A DNA stretch of 64,000 nucleotides, from NCBI GenBank assembly GCA_903813345.2, contig CAIIXF020000001.1, positions 6,076,001 to 6,140,000 on the forward strand. The letters run 5' to 3'. Below are positions 28,291 through 41,135 of the stretch, piece after piece. The position numbers and the translations under genes were made by a program. Every line of letters begins with the position of its first letter. Within the stretch, counting starts at the first letter, position 1. The notes below the pieces were generated by a model. It saw only the letters and a program-made list of their open reading frames with translations. It searched no databases and was not told where the DNA came from. This DNA comes from Owenia fusiformis (lineage: Eukaryota).

Positions 28291-29002
28291 AGGAGCACGT
28301 AGGTTATCGCAAACAATTTCAAACGATTCTAACTTGAATTATGAATATTTTCTGATCATGAACATGGGTGTATATTTTAGATCCATTCACTATCTTCAAG
28401 AAAAGTATATAAAATGATAATTTAGTTAATCAGACCTAAGTGATATTGAAGGGGCAATGGACCAATCAACATACTTTTTCAAAAATGTTGATCTAATTTT
28501 CACCAAAAATGCAATCTTTTATTATATTGTTGAATGCATAATTAGAATGTGCTTTGAGACATGTTCGATTTCCTAGAAGGAAAAGTTGATTGCTCCAGGG
28601 ACTTTAAAGATACTGAATTTGGATGACCAAATGAACTGAAACCAATGGATAGCATGAGATTTTTCAATGGAGAAATAACATGGGGAACACTTATCTTAAA
28701 GCAATTAAGTTTTTCTTTCAAGAACTATTTGATACATCAAAATAAAGAATAGTAATGCATTAAACTTTGTAAAAAATGATTGCATTTTTGGTGAAAATGG
28801 GGTCAACATCTTTGAAAAAGTGTGTTGATGGGTTGATTGCTAGTTAAATATCTCCGAGTTTGTTTGACTTTATTATTACTGTATATAATTTTCTTTGAGA
28901 TAATGAATTGATCTAAAAGATAAACCTGTCTTTATTGTCAGAAAATAGTCATACTCCAAGATATAACCTTCTGAAATTGTTTGCGATAACCTACGTGCTC
29001 CT
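28291..29002. mobile_element. Long-TIR foldback non-autonomous DNA transposon (Kolobok-like ends)
   Basis: AGGAGCACGTAGGTTATCGCAAACAATTTCA and its exact reverse complement; imperfect inverted similarity continues for ~230 bp; the core resembles 24670-24780. Confidence 0.75.
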
Positions 29003-29088
29003 TTTAAAAATTTGTGCAATCCCCAAATGAAATATCCAATGTACAGTAACTAATAACGAATTCAAGTTCACTAAATAAACAGATGTCA

Positions 29089-29317
29089 CACTGGCGGATC
29101 CAGAAGGGAGGGGGTATGCCCCCCCCTTTTGTGGGTCCAGAAAAAAAAATTTGACCTAAACATTTTGTTGGGCCTCAAAAATGGGCCCTTTGGGCATAAT
29201 TTGGCGTTTTAAGGCCTTTTTAGACCAGATTATTAAAAATGGGCCTTTATATTTTAATTTTTTGGCTGACTCAGAATTCCGCCCCCCCCCCCTTATTAGG
29301 TTCTGGATCTGCCAGTG
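29089..29317. mobile_element. MITE with 5-bp TSD (TGTCA), hAT5-like
   Basis: TGTCA|CACTGGCGGATCCAGAA ... TTCTGGATCTGCCAGTG|TGTCA. Confidence 0.8.
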
Positions 29318-30068
29318 TGTCAATACAAATTCAGTGTGTGGTGACGCGACGTCAGAACTGATGTTCGCGTTGGTGGAAGTCTAGCACAAAGTTTCATTGA
29401 AAATATGTTCTACTTTTAGTGATTTCATGTCTTATAGACGATTTTGTAGAAAACATTTTGCAATGTGTGAAAAGAATTTAGTCCAAGACTTAATGCATTG
29501 CGTAATTGTCCACTCCGTTCAAGCGTTGTTTCATAAATGATCACTCGATGCTTCGCATCTCGTGCAAATGTTGGAAAGCAACACATTCAAGGAATGGTCA
29601 TTTTACAGTGCACTGAGTCCAGGGCTTAAATCCTTAATTAAAGAATTGAATTATTGATAATCCTTCGTACACAACCAACACTGTTCCATCAGCAATGATG
29701 AACATATATTTGAAATTAAATGTTGCTCAAATTCATGAAGTTTTGATATACATTTCTACTTTTAATATCCTATGTGGTTTACTATTCGACCAATATGGTA
29801 CCTAGTTATTTGAATAATTTGAAAGCATACTTCAACTTAATAGTCACTCTGTATTCATTAGACATCACACATCTTGCGTTATAACATTAAACATCTTGCG
29901 CTATAAGTGACACTTGTAATGGAAATCAATGTAGAAAATTCAGGATTAACTAGATTCATCCCGTACTTTTAATGCTGACACTAAACTCGAAGAAACTGGG
30001 AGCGTAAAATACCAAGCTAAGTTGGTTAGGATCCAAACTTGGACCATACCAGGCACAGGTTAAATATA

Positions 30069-31736
30069 ATGCCTGCAGATGACGAGAATGAAGAAAAACC
30101 AAAAGAGAATAATTCTGGAAACGCTCGGAGCATTTTATCTAACTTTGCCTCCTCGACAACTGCGCATGGCTGTTCTCAGATCAATCAGTCCCAATCCTCC
30201 GTCGCTAAATGTGTGTGGCTCCTCATCTTCATTGGATGCACCATCGGGGCGATCATTTGTATCACTGCTCTCCTTCAGAAGTATTTTGCGTTTCCAACAA
30301 AGGATGTAATTGTTTTAAAAACAGGGGCCATCGCGGCACCCTCAATCAGTGTATGTAGCCTTAATCCGATTCCATCATCATTCAGGACGAGATTGAGTGG
30401 AATTGCACCAGACAACAAAGTTAATACAGTTCTGCGAGCATTGGATCTAGCGTCGGAGCGTGTCGCGAACACATCTTTCGGTTTACATGAGAAGCTGTCA
30501 GAATCATACCTAAGATTGAACTCTTACATATGGATCTATGAAAACGCACCGGGTGAAAACGAAACGTTGCAGTTTGCACATGAATTGGACGACCTCGTCG
30601 TGTCGTGTATGTACCAGGGCATCCCCTGTGACAAGTCAACAGTAAAGATTTTCACCAACCCTTACTTTTATAAATGCTACACATTCAACGCAATGGATTA
30701 CAATGATACATACAATGGACCCTTTATCCATTCTACCGGTACTAAAAGTGGGATCAGTATGTTATTTTTTCTAGACACACACGACTCAGGGGAGACACTT
30801 TATAACCCGTATTGTCCCCTTGGAGGCAACACGGGTGTACGTGTGGTAATACATCAGCCTGGTACAATACCAGATCCCTTCAATGACGGTTTTGATGTTG
30901 CTCCGGGTTATTCAACCAATGTCGGAATAACGAAAAGGAAACGGGAGCTACTTGGGCGACCCTGGGGAGACTGTGAGAGACGAGAGAAACTCGATGATGG
31001 GTTGCCGTTCTTATATGACAGGCGGTCTTGTAAGCTCCTTTGTCTACAGGCATTTGTCGCTGAAAGATGCGGATGTGTCACATCTTATCTACCCATATCA
31101 GAAAATATGAAAAACATTACTCGATGCGGCCAAATGGATTTGGAAAATTTTAATTCTGCGTCTCCTAACTTGACGACTCTAGAACATGAGTTGGACAGGT
31201 TAAGTTGTGAATTGAAATCGGTTTACGTCATACTTGACGATCAAGATGATGTTGACTGTGATTGCCCACAAAGCTGCGAACGTGATATTTATGACTACAC
31301 ACTGTCCCAGTCCGAGTGGCCCTCCGGAGGTGTTCAATTACATTTTTACCGACATATTGCCCACCTAAAAGGAGAGGCCTATTTCAACTCTTCTATGTAT
31401 CACCTTTTGGATGACAAAGTAAACACAAACGACAGCATGGTTAACATGAAGAACCAGAGAATGATCCAACAGAACTTTTTACGCGTCAATACATTTTTCA
31501 CTTCAATGGACACAGAAATTGTTAAACAGGTTGAGGAATATCCATTTACTGATATGATATCAGGTGTGGGTGGAGGGTTTGGTGTCTACGTAGGTTTCTC
31601 CATTGTCACTATGTGTGAGTTTTGTGTGCTGTTTGTGCATCTCCTACGAGCGATGATAATGGACAGAGAGAAGCGCAAAGTTAAGTCAGCTGAATTACAT
31701 TCGAGTAAGGTAATTCCAACAAAAACGGCATGGTGA
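30069..31736 (+). CDS. DEG/ENaC (amiloride-sensitive sodium channel) family subunit; single exon, 555 aa; possibly FaNaC-related
   Basis: First ATG at 30069. Pre-TM1 HG motif (FASSTTAHG), TM1 (VWLLIFIGCTIGAIICITALLQKYF), PSISVCSLNP, GVRVVIHQPG, Cys-rich thumb, TM2 with GxS belt (SGVGGGFGVYVGFSIVTMCEF). Confidence 0.95.
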   Translation: MPADDENEEKPKENNSGNARSILSNFASSTTAHGCSQINQSQSSVAKCVWLLIFIGCTIGAIICITALLQKYFAFPTKDVIVLKTGAIAAPSISVCSLNPIPSSFRTRLSGIAPDNKVNTVLRALDLASERVANTSFGLHEKLSESYLRLNSYIWIYENAPGENETLQFAHELDDLVVSCMYQGIPCDKSTVKIFTNPYFYKCYTFNAMDYNDTYNGPFIHSTGTKSGISMLFFLDTHDSGETLYNPYCPLGGNTGVRVVIHQPGTIPDPFNDGFDVAPGYSTNVGITKRKRELLGRPWGDCERREKLDDGLPFLYDRRSCKLLCLQAFVAERCGCVTSYLPISENMKNITRCGQMDLENFNSASPNLTTLEHELDRLSCELKSVYVILDDQDDVDCDCPQSCERDIYDYTLSQSEWPSGGVQLHFYRHIAHLKGEAYFNSSMYHLLDDKVNTNDSMVNMKNQRMIQQNFLRVNTFFTSMDTEIVKQVEEYPFTDMISGVGGGFGVYVGFSIVTMCEFCVLFVHLLRAMIMDREKRKVKSAELHSSKVIPTKTAW

Positions 31737-32589
31737 AACAATAAATGTCGCTGATTATATACCCCTAAAAATCAGTGTGTAGCAATGGTTGGAAAAGGCA
31801 TTCACATAGCCTTTATAAGATATAAGCATTGGTTCAGACCTAGAAAGAGAGATTTGGTTTGTCAAAAAATGCAGACGAACGGAAGGATGGAAGAAATAGA
31901 TGGACAGACGGACAGATATTCCACAAGCTGACCTTTCCATAATTGAGCATTTTGTTGATTTTGAGGCACCATTAAGTAATCTACAAAAAAAGAAAATATC
32001 TGAGTTCATGATGATATTGGAGGATTACTTTTGTCTTACCATGTTCTATGACCAGCTGTATTTACTGCATTGACAGTAGGACGGCACATTGAAAAAACCC
32101 ATTGTTGTTTACCAAACTTTATATCAAAGTGGTGTAGCGATATATGACGTCATCGCACTACTTGTTTCTGGTCCGTTGGCTACCATCTTTATGAGGTCCA
32201 TTGAAATGGTAAACATTTAAACATTTGAAAATGAAAGTGACGGATAGAATTCTACTGATCTCTTCTTTCGAACTATCTCATTTTAATGTTAGAGAAATGC
32301 ACATGAATGGGAGTAAAATGCAATCAAACACGTGAGACTTTCACTCATATTGTACCCTATATTCCTGCGAAATTAACATTGATTAAACATCATTTTTTTA
32401 AATGTCTGAATCGCTTAAAAGTTAGAGTAAATACGATATTTAATAAGTACCAAATATCAATCAGTTCCGATAAAATGCCTTCATTTGTTACATTTTCTGC
32501 GAAAACGGTTGGGCATAATTTCGGTAGAAATGTGTATTTTACGACGTTATATGCATGGTTGAATCCAAAAAGTAGCGTCATTCAGTAAA

Positions 32590-33850
32590 ATTATCATGTG
32601 TGCGTAAAAGTATGTGGATATTTCATTTTGAGTAACTGAATTATCAAATTGACATATATATTGTCTTTGGAACATCACCTTTACACAGAATTATTTTCAT
32701 AATGATTGCTCGTTTTCTTCCATGATAAAATGCAATTTTAGACCTGCAGCTGACTCATATCAAAAAAATATTTAGCAATGAGTTCAGGCTCACTGATTTT
32801 TAAGATAGATGAAATGAACAAAGGGGAAAGGGTTATGTGTGAGGTAAAGCATGTGGATATTAAACTTTCAATAAATGAATTACAATTTTGATGTTTATAT
32901 GATCTGAAGAACATCACCTTTTCACATAATTATTTTCATAATAATTGTTCAATTTCTTTCATGATAAACTGCAATTTTAGACCCGACATGTATTAAAGAA
33001 GTATCGGACAATGTATTAAGGCTCACTGATTTTTAGGATAAAAAATGAGCAAAAGGAGAAAAGGTCACGTGTGCGTAAAAGCGTGTCAGTATTTGGATTT
33101 GAAGAAATGAATTAAAGTTTTGACATTAATATTATTTGTGAAGCATCACCTTAACATAGAATTATTTTTATAATTTTTGCTTGGTTCCTTCCAAGAGAAA
33201 ATGCAATTATAGACCTGGCACGCGTATCAAAGAAGTATTTGGCAATTGCGTCCAGTCTCTTTGGTTTTCAAGGTAAATGAAATAAGCAAAACTGGAAAAG
33301 GTCATGTGTGCGTAAATGCGTGTCAGTATTTAATTTTGAAGAAATGAATCAATTTTTTGACATTAATATTATTTGTGAAGCATCACCTCTACGCAGAATT
33401 ATTTTCATAATTTTTGCTTGGTTCCTTCCATGAGAAAATGCAATTATAGACCTGGTACACGTATCAAGGTTGTATAGCAATTGCGTTCGGTCTCCTTGGT
33501 TTTCAAGGTAAATGAAATGAGCAAAACTGGAAAAGGTCATGTGTGCTAAAAGCGTGTGAGTATTTAATTTTTGATATTTTTTGACATTTTTGACATTTAT
33601 TATATCTACTGGAAATCATCTTTACACAGAACTATTTTTTGATTCAAATTTAGTTCCTTCTATTAGAAAGGCATGGCTAAGATTGGTTCATATGTATAAC
33701 TGTAATGAGATTTTTATGTTTGAATCGCACAAAAAGAGATAATGTCACATGTGCGTGAATGCATGTCAATATCTTATTTTAAAACTGAATTATGATTTTG
33801 ACATTTTCATAAGCTTTAAACCATTGCCTTTCCACATATTTATTTTCTTA
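32590..33850. repeat. Degenerate ~235-bp tandem satellite (5-6 units)
   Basis: A GTCATGTGTGCGTAAA-like motif recurs at ~32594, 32831, 33063, 33301, 33536 and 33743. Confidence 0.85.
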
Positions 33851-36333
33851 ACATGAGAACTTAAAACACGTTCTAAATAAGAAAGGTCAATGTGAGTTGA
33901 ATTAAAATTTAAAAAAAATCAATTATCTGCGCATTTTCGTTATATTACGTCATACGGGATTTCGTGCTTTAAATGGGCTGAAGGTGAAGAATGGCACGTG
34001 TACGAAAACGTTTGTATCTTTCAAAACACATTTTTATTTTTTACATATCTATGATCTATGATATATAACCTATGTAAAGAATTATTTTCAGATTAATTGC
34101 TAGGTTAATTCAATAAGCAATTCTGAGGTATATTTGAACTTTAATTCCATAGCAGATGTAATTCGGACAAAAGTTTTAAAATTCAAGAAGAGATTAAATC
34201 AATCAAAATAAATCTTATGATTCAACCCAGTCGACAATACTTGGTTCAGTTCTTTCATTTTCAATCATACCATGGTCATAGATTAACATAAGTGACCGTT
34301 CGAATACATACCATTTTTTTGTAGAAAATTAAAGAAAATCGCGTTATAACATGTATCGAGTAATTGCCAAGTTTACGTCTTAAGTTTGATCTGGTAAACA
34401 GCATTCTTCATTAAGTCACACATATAAGTTAAGGGAAGCAAAAGATCATTTTAAAAATGAAGCATATCAATAGATATTTTTAACATTAAAATACTTTAAG
34501 AAAGTAAGCTTATACTAGTAGATTTGCTAGAACTAGCTGTTTGGAATTCATCAACTTTTCTCCACAGGATCATGTCGTAGTACAAATGCAGGTCATTCAA
34601 AGGAAATATAGGTTTCAACAACCCCGTCTATGAATATTGATCTTTTACAGACAGCAAAGGTAAGTTTAAAACAGAAATACTTCTTACGAATCCAAATTAC
34701 ATTTTAAACTTAGAATTGTGATCTACGATCTTATGGGTATGTGACAAATTTGATTAGATACATTCACTCAGCACGCCGTTAAACATATAATTAACTTTAC
34801 AAGCGTAACTATAGGTAACTTCGATTTTAATATGTTCAAGTTCAAGTTCTGTAGTCTCGAGAGTCAAACGATTATCATAGTTCATTTGGCCTGCTTTTAG
34901 AATTGGGAAAACAAAGGCAAGGTTTATGTTTTATGAACATTCTGATTTGATAGCAAACTTTATTTTTGAGTGTATTAAATCAAATAAAGCTTTTTGCGTC
35001 GGGGCCTGTACGTTCGCCCAATTAAAGGCAAATGTGCCGTCAATTAAAGAAACATGCACAGTGGTACACCGTTTTTGGAAAACATAACACTGATAATAAA
35101 AATTCATCAATTGTTATGAAATTTGCACCATCATTAAAAGGAATCTCGAATTTCATGATGACAAAATATCGGATATATATAACAAGAAATAAAAATTTGT
35201 TACATTTTTCCCAAAAAGTTTTAAAATAAAAATAAACTAAAAAAATAATATTTTCACGACAAAAAATAAATAGTTCAACTGTTTTGATTCTACATGACGT
35301 TTTCAAAGAGTAGAGAGCTAGATTCAAAGCACCGTTCCTGCAAGTTTCAAATGAAAATATTAAAAACTGCGCGAGTAAGAGGACCGCAACTTTTTATGTC
35401 TACACTGACAAAAACTTGAAATTCCCGTTGTAAAGATATAGTCCCACGCGGAAGTGCACGTCATAAAGCTGATGGGTTAAGGCAATGTGCCGTCCAACTG
35501 TGAATAGGCTATAGACTCGAGTAACTTTGGTCCGCCATAGTGATTGACGTCACAATTTTTTCAATTATCTGTTCTGTTATATTTTCTACACTCCTTTGTG
35601 TACATAGATTGTAAAATAAAAACCGGCAATTAGTATCATCATGCACAGGCCTATATTTATACAATAACAAAATTGTCGTCTGCGCAATTTAAATAATTAT
35701 GATCTAAAATGAACCCAATTTAGCGAATATTTCTATTAGAAATTGAAGTGACATCGATTTGATCATCATTAGCTGGATTGATAACATATCGAGTATCTGA
35801 CCCATAGCCAAGATTGTCTATGGGGTTAATGCCCGTTGCCAGAATTTTCCAAGGGGGGTTGCTCACTTCAGTATTCAGAACATTGTATACTATTTTTCAG
35901 TTTTCAATTGGTTATCGCCCTGTTTTGAAATCATGATCTGTTTAGTGTTAAGAAACAACCTATGTATTTCATCTAAAACTAAAATGTTGAGACACGACCC
36001 CCCTCAAGAAATGAAATACCATTCTATCGTGAAAGTTAAGAAGGGTTGTATCCTTTCTTCAACTTATTTTCACTTCAATATGCGATTTTTGAAAATACTA
36101 TTTGGGGAGGTACAAAGGGCGCCCCCTATTCAGATAAAACCAATTTCAAGATGCAGGTTGGTAACTTCTCTGACTTTGTATTGATACTGTGATACGATAA
36201 CGGCAATTGCACCATATCTTATCGGCATCTATCTTTTCATTATCTCTACAGCACACTCCCATTCTATAAGAAAGGATAACGTTCATTTAAATACCCGTGC
36301 CTATCGTCACCAGCGATTACTAACAGATTCGTC

Positions 36334-39300
36334 ATGTTGTTATTCACTTTACTTGCGGCTTGTTTGGTGTCGTATGCAAGCTGCGATCAAGCCACAGATG
36401 AGCTTGTCGCCGAATTCGAGAGCGCTCTTCTTGCTGTTCCCGAGTACAAATGGCCCGCTGAGTTCAGACAGAAGTTTAACTCAATTTCCAACTATGGAGG
36501 AAACGCAGAGTATGTATCACGTTGGATCCTTAATAATTTCACCAATTTGTAACATATCGCGGATGTTTTTGGGAGATATTGTATTTGAGATTGTAAGGAA
36601 TGGATTGGTACACTCACCTCCATAAGTTTACCAACCTTAGCTCCCTCATTGAACTACGTACGTGCCTCTTAATGTTTGAATTTTTATTTACATAACCTGT
36701 AAAGGAAATACTTATAATATTGATGGGAATGTAACTTGACTTCATTTCCAATGCCGCCTCCAAATTTTCCCATTTTTTCCTCAATTACAATAGGTAGGTC
36801 GAGAATTGATGATAAAGATGTAGCAATTAAAAGTGACATGCCGTCGGAGTTCGACGTTGCTGGTCAGCATCTGTAACAAATTGCACACATTTTGTCTCGC
36901 CATATCTTACACTATCATTTAACATTTCCTATTCAGACATTGGTGCTGCAAAAACCCCGATAATGGAGGCATGGTTCCCCCCAAGACACTTAGGGTGAAG
37001 AAAGTGGCAACTGTATACCAATCACAGGAGCGAAAAGTAAAGACCGGTTACACAAAGTGTGGTTGGATGTCTACAAACACATGTTCTATTTACGCCTTGA
37101 GATACTTGTAAGTACATATAAACTACATTATTGGCCATTCCTTAATAAAAGGAAAAGGCTAAATATACAAATATTGCGATGAGTTCTTGTTGAATCGGAC
37201 AGGAAGCACATCATATTAAATATGATTTCGTGAGCAGTCCATTATCTCAGAGAAAAGATTAAATTATGAAGGTTATTTTAAAGGACTCTGTGATGATACA
37301 CGGACAATACTTTTCCATGACTTTGACTTGGTTTTCACCATAAAGGTAACGTGTACAGTGCTTTACACAATTACACCACTCCGGGACACCGCTACTTTGC
37401 TGCTACTTATAGTCAAAGTATTACAACATGAATGTCCTTCCGGTTTATGGATGTTTTCGGAAATTTTCGTAATACAAAATACAATGAGTACAAAATCATG
37501 TCAGATTCATTGCAAAAGTGAGGGACTAAATATTAGAATTGCTGCTTCATTTGTCAAATATTTAGCCGCCAGTATCCTTAAATTGATTTTTCTACAACTT
37601 TGAGTCAAATGTCTGACCTTTCGGTAGGTGTAAATCGAAAAAATACAAAATCTAAAAACCGAAATGTGCACCCATGTTGTTAGTTTGTCGGTACGTCCAA
37701 GGAACTATAACAAATTCAAGGAACTCTGCGTAGTTCCAACACAGATGAACACCCTGGTCCCTTCATACACAGTGTCTCGATGGTAACACGACAACTCATC
37801 CCTAAGACAACTCATGCCAAGATAACTCATCCCTAAGACAACTCATGATCCAAAGACATCTGATCCCAAAAAAATTCTTCCCAAGACAACTCATCCCAAT
37901 ACAACTCTTCCCAACTTAAAATATACCCCGGTCCCTTCATACACAGTGCCTCACAGTGTATGAAGTGACATCTCATCCCAAGACAACTCATCTCATCCCA
38001 AGACAACTCATCATGAGATGTCTTGGGATGAGTTGTCTAGAAACCGTCTCGATTCAAGGAGAGTCAAAAGTATTTCGAATGTACTGAAACCAAACTTTTG
38101 ATAATATTTAAAAGCAGGAGAATAAACCCCGATCTTCATACCTTCAAATAAATGGCGGTTTTAACATTTCCTGATATTCAATAGGAATCGCTACAATGGA
38201 AGCATTCCTCAATTTTTGCAAATATAATTTCAGTACATCCTCACAAATCTTGCTTCAAATACCGGGGCATTTTGGAATTTCATTACATTCAATGGAAATC
38301 ATTACAACTATTGGAATAGCATTCTTTGAATCTTAAACAAAATGTTTTCTGAGTCGATTTCATTACAAATCTTGGTCGGCGGCGTGCGTTTACGCGGTAG
38401 CTAGGCGTCGTCGTCAGTCAAAAATATTGTTTGTTTGTAAATAGTGATTATTTTCAATTTAACATTTACACAATTTATATACATGTATCTCCTTTATATA
38501 AAGGGCAATAAATATATACGTACATACACATATTACAACTAAATAACCACCTGACTTCAGATAAAAGGGGTATTTGAGAATTCCAATATTTGTTTCAGTT
38601 CACAAGCAAAATACATGTACAGGGAAGAGTTGGTACTCGCCCCCCAAGCCTGCGGTAGAGCAAAAGGAACTGAACTTGTGTGCTGCGTTGGTTACGTCGA
38701 GATCTTGAAGAATTGCATGGGTATGTTAAAGACTCTATCATGTAAAAGAGACATTAGGCAGAATGCAGAGGTCGATTTTCAAAAATTCCAAAAATATAAA
38801 AAGTACAGCTCACCATTAAAATGGGAGATGTATTTATCAAAATGAGTTGCTGATATTATTTTTATGGAATTCTGCGGAATAATATGTCTAAAGGGTGGAA
38901 CAAATTTACACCAATTCAGTATTTGTAAAATGAACTCAATAACTCGGTAAGAAACTGGATGTTACATCTCTAGAGAGTGAGAAATGGTGAGATAGATCTG
39001 TAACATCCAGATTCTTCGAGTGTAATGAGTTCATTTTTTCAAATACATGAATTCGTCTGAATTTGTTCCATATTATCCCCCTTCATCCACCCCCTCCGTC
39101 CCATTTTAATTTTCGATTATTTTTTATACGTATGGAAATTTATTTTATAAATCAGCGTTGTAATTAATTTTGTGATGATAACGTCACTTACAATACATTT
39201 ATTTATTACAGGTCGCGTAGACCATTCTGATTGTAGCTTGATTTATAGAAAAAAACATTGACTTGCGTACGTTGGCGGCGATGTGATTTTTAAAATAGCG

Positions 39301-39532
39301 CGTGGGTTCAAAAATACACGTTCTCTTGAAAAGATAAATTTTCCCGATTGATTGAATTTTCTAGCAGAAATTGCGTCCCGTTTTCTGATCACTGGGCGTG
39401 AGACTAGCCTGTGTTCAATAAAATATATTTTTCATAAAATTTTATTTCTTTCCAGACCAATACTGGGTGGTGGACAACATTGACCTTATTAAAAGACTCC
39501 AAGATTTGCAGAAGAGGGAGAAAAGCGGCTAA
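36334..39532 (+). CDS. Small secreted cysteine-rich protein, 181 aa, EMI-domain-like
   Basis: Exons 36334-36509, 36937-37107, 38599-38720, 39456-39532 (546 nt, phases compatible, GT-AG). Signal peptide MLLFTLLAACLVSYASC; motifs HWCC...KCGW...TCSIY..RY...Y...C...CCVGY...C; AATAAA at ~39566. Confidence 0.8.
37782..38045. mobile_element. Small TIR element with internal GACAACTCATCCC repeats and an 8-bp TSD
   Basis: GTCTCGAT|GGTAACACGACAACTCATCCC ... GGGATGAGTTGTCTAGAAACC|GTCTCGAT. Confidence 0.75.
38896..39070. repeat. Imperfect palindrome / foldback element
   Basis: TGGAACAAATT...AAATGAACTCA...CTGGATGTTACA is mirrored by TGTAACATCCAG...TGAGTTCATTT...AATTTGTTCCA. Confidence 0.7.
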
Positions 39533-41135
39533 CTTTGCAATGCAGTTGTCATCTAAATTGATAAGAATAAAATGTTAAAACAATTTCTATAGTTTTACAC
39601 CAAAATAGGTTTTCGAATTTTTAGGAATAAACGTGTTGTGTAGTTTAAAGGACATCTAGAACGAGCTAGAGTAAAATATTAAAAGCAGTTTTTTAAAATT
39701 AGTGCTGATATTTCCCTTACAGTACGTTATAATACCATTTTGTCAAAAAATTGAGACATTTAAATTGAGACAATTTAAAGTTGTATCCTGGAACTGTTTT
39801 ACAGTTTAGAATATACATCTTGTCATTGAATGACAAAAACTATTGCAAAATTGTGAAAATGCGTATTCTTTCCAACCTCTCAACTCGAGACTCGTTTCAC
39901 TAAAAACAGTTTTATACCGTATCAGATTAAAAAAGAATTTCACTCTTCGATTATTCTAACCGAGCGGTTGGTAAAGTGATCGATTTCGTTTATAGCAGAT
40001 CTTTCTCACACACTAAATGCAAAAAAAGAATGGGTAGTATTTTTGACTCAACTAGTGGGGCCCCACTAGTATTCCAATATTGTTGGAAAAGCTAATGTGA
40101 ATTGTGGATGCCTGTCACATGCTGACATCTAACATCCATCAAGTAATTAGAAAATAACAAATGTATTTATATAGATGGAATAAAAATACATTTGGTTTTG
40201 CGATTGTTAGATCAAGAGATATCAATGCTGAAAGATCTGGCATTTAGATTTCATTAGCACTGGTCAGTGTCAAGCGAAGGTTACGACCGTCACCAAAAAA
40301 TCAAAAGATTCTGTTGGTTGACCTTTCCTGAGCACCTACTATTTTTCATTCACATTTTCAGAGGGCTAAAAAAGTTATTTCATCATGTTAATGGTCATTA
40401 TGACAATTTCCATTGTGTTCCCGGTCATGTAAATGATATGTGGAACTAGTTAAACTGACTGGAGGTCCAAACAAAAATCTGTTATCTTGGTTCAAAATAA
40501 TGTCAAAATCGAGCATGGTTTTGTCGCTTTTTGTTTTGTCATTTCCTGTTAACTTCCATGGCACCTTAAGATGTCGGACGGGAAGTGTCGATTTCTATAT
40601 TTTTTGCATCGAAATAAAATAAACTCTGGATTATTGTCATTTATTCATATATCGTGCGTGGGCGCCACAGTTCAACGATATCCTCTAACTCTATGGTCAC
40701 TTATTAAGTCACAGATGATCTTGATCACTTCTTGTGTGTTTCCAATTTTGTTTGGTAATTAGACCAAAACTTGCCATTCAAATTTTGAAATATCGATGTT
40801 GCATTCTGGCTGCCAATCCTCCTTGAGTGATTACCAGGCTAAGAAACGCATGATCTTCAACAATAGTGTCATGGGAATTCGACCAGCCGATGATCGAGTA
40901 CTGAGACATGTCAGAGTAGCATTAATTATTTTGCAGTTAATCACATCTACACAGAAGTATCAAATAAAATAAATGTAAAAAATGGTACTTGACTTCTAGA
41001 GTTATTATCAATACATACGTTCTCATCAGAAAAATTAATTATAGAAAAAGATAAATTAAGATTAAAAAATAAACCTTAGACTTTCACCATAAGATTAGGC
41101 GGCCTATATCCCGGGGTCAATATCGAGTTGCAAAT

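Noticed and set aside
30039-30068. TTG start for the DEG/ENaC ORF
   Set aside because: In a eukaryotic gene the first in-frame ATG at 30069 is preferred; an upstream exon cannot be excluded.
36798-36862. Extra exon (SRIDDKDVAIKSDMPSEFDVA) in the secreted-protein gene
   Set aside because: At 65 nt it would shift the next exon into a frame with a stop; exon 1 joins 36937 in frame without it.
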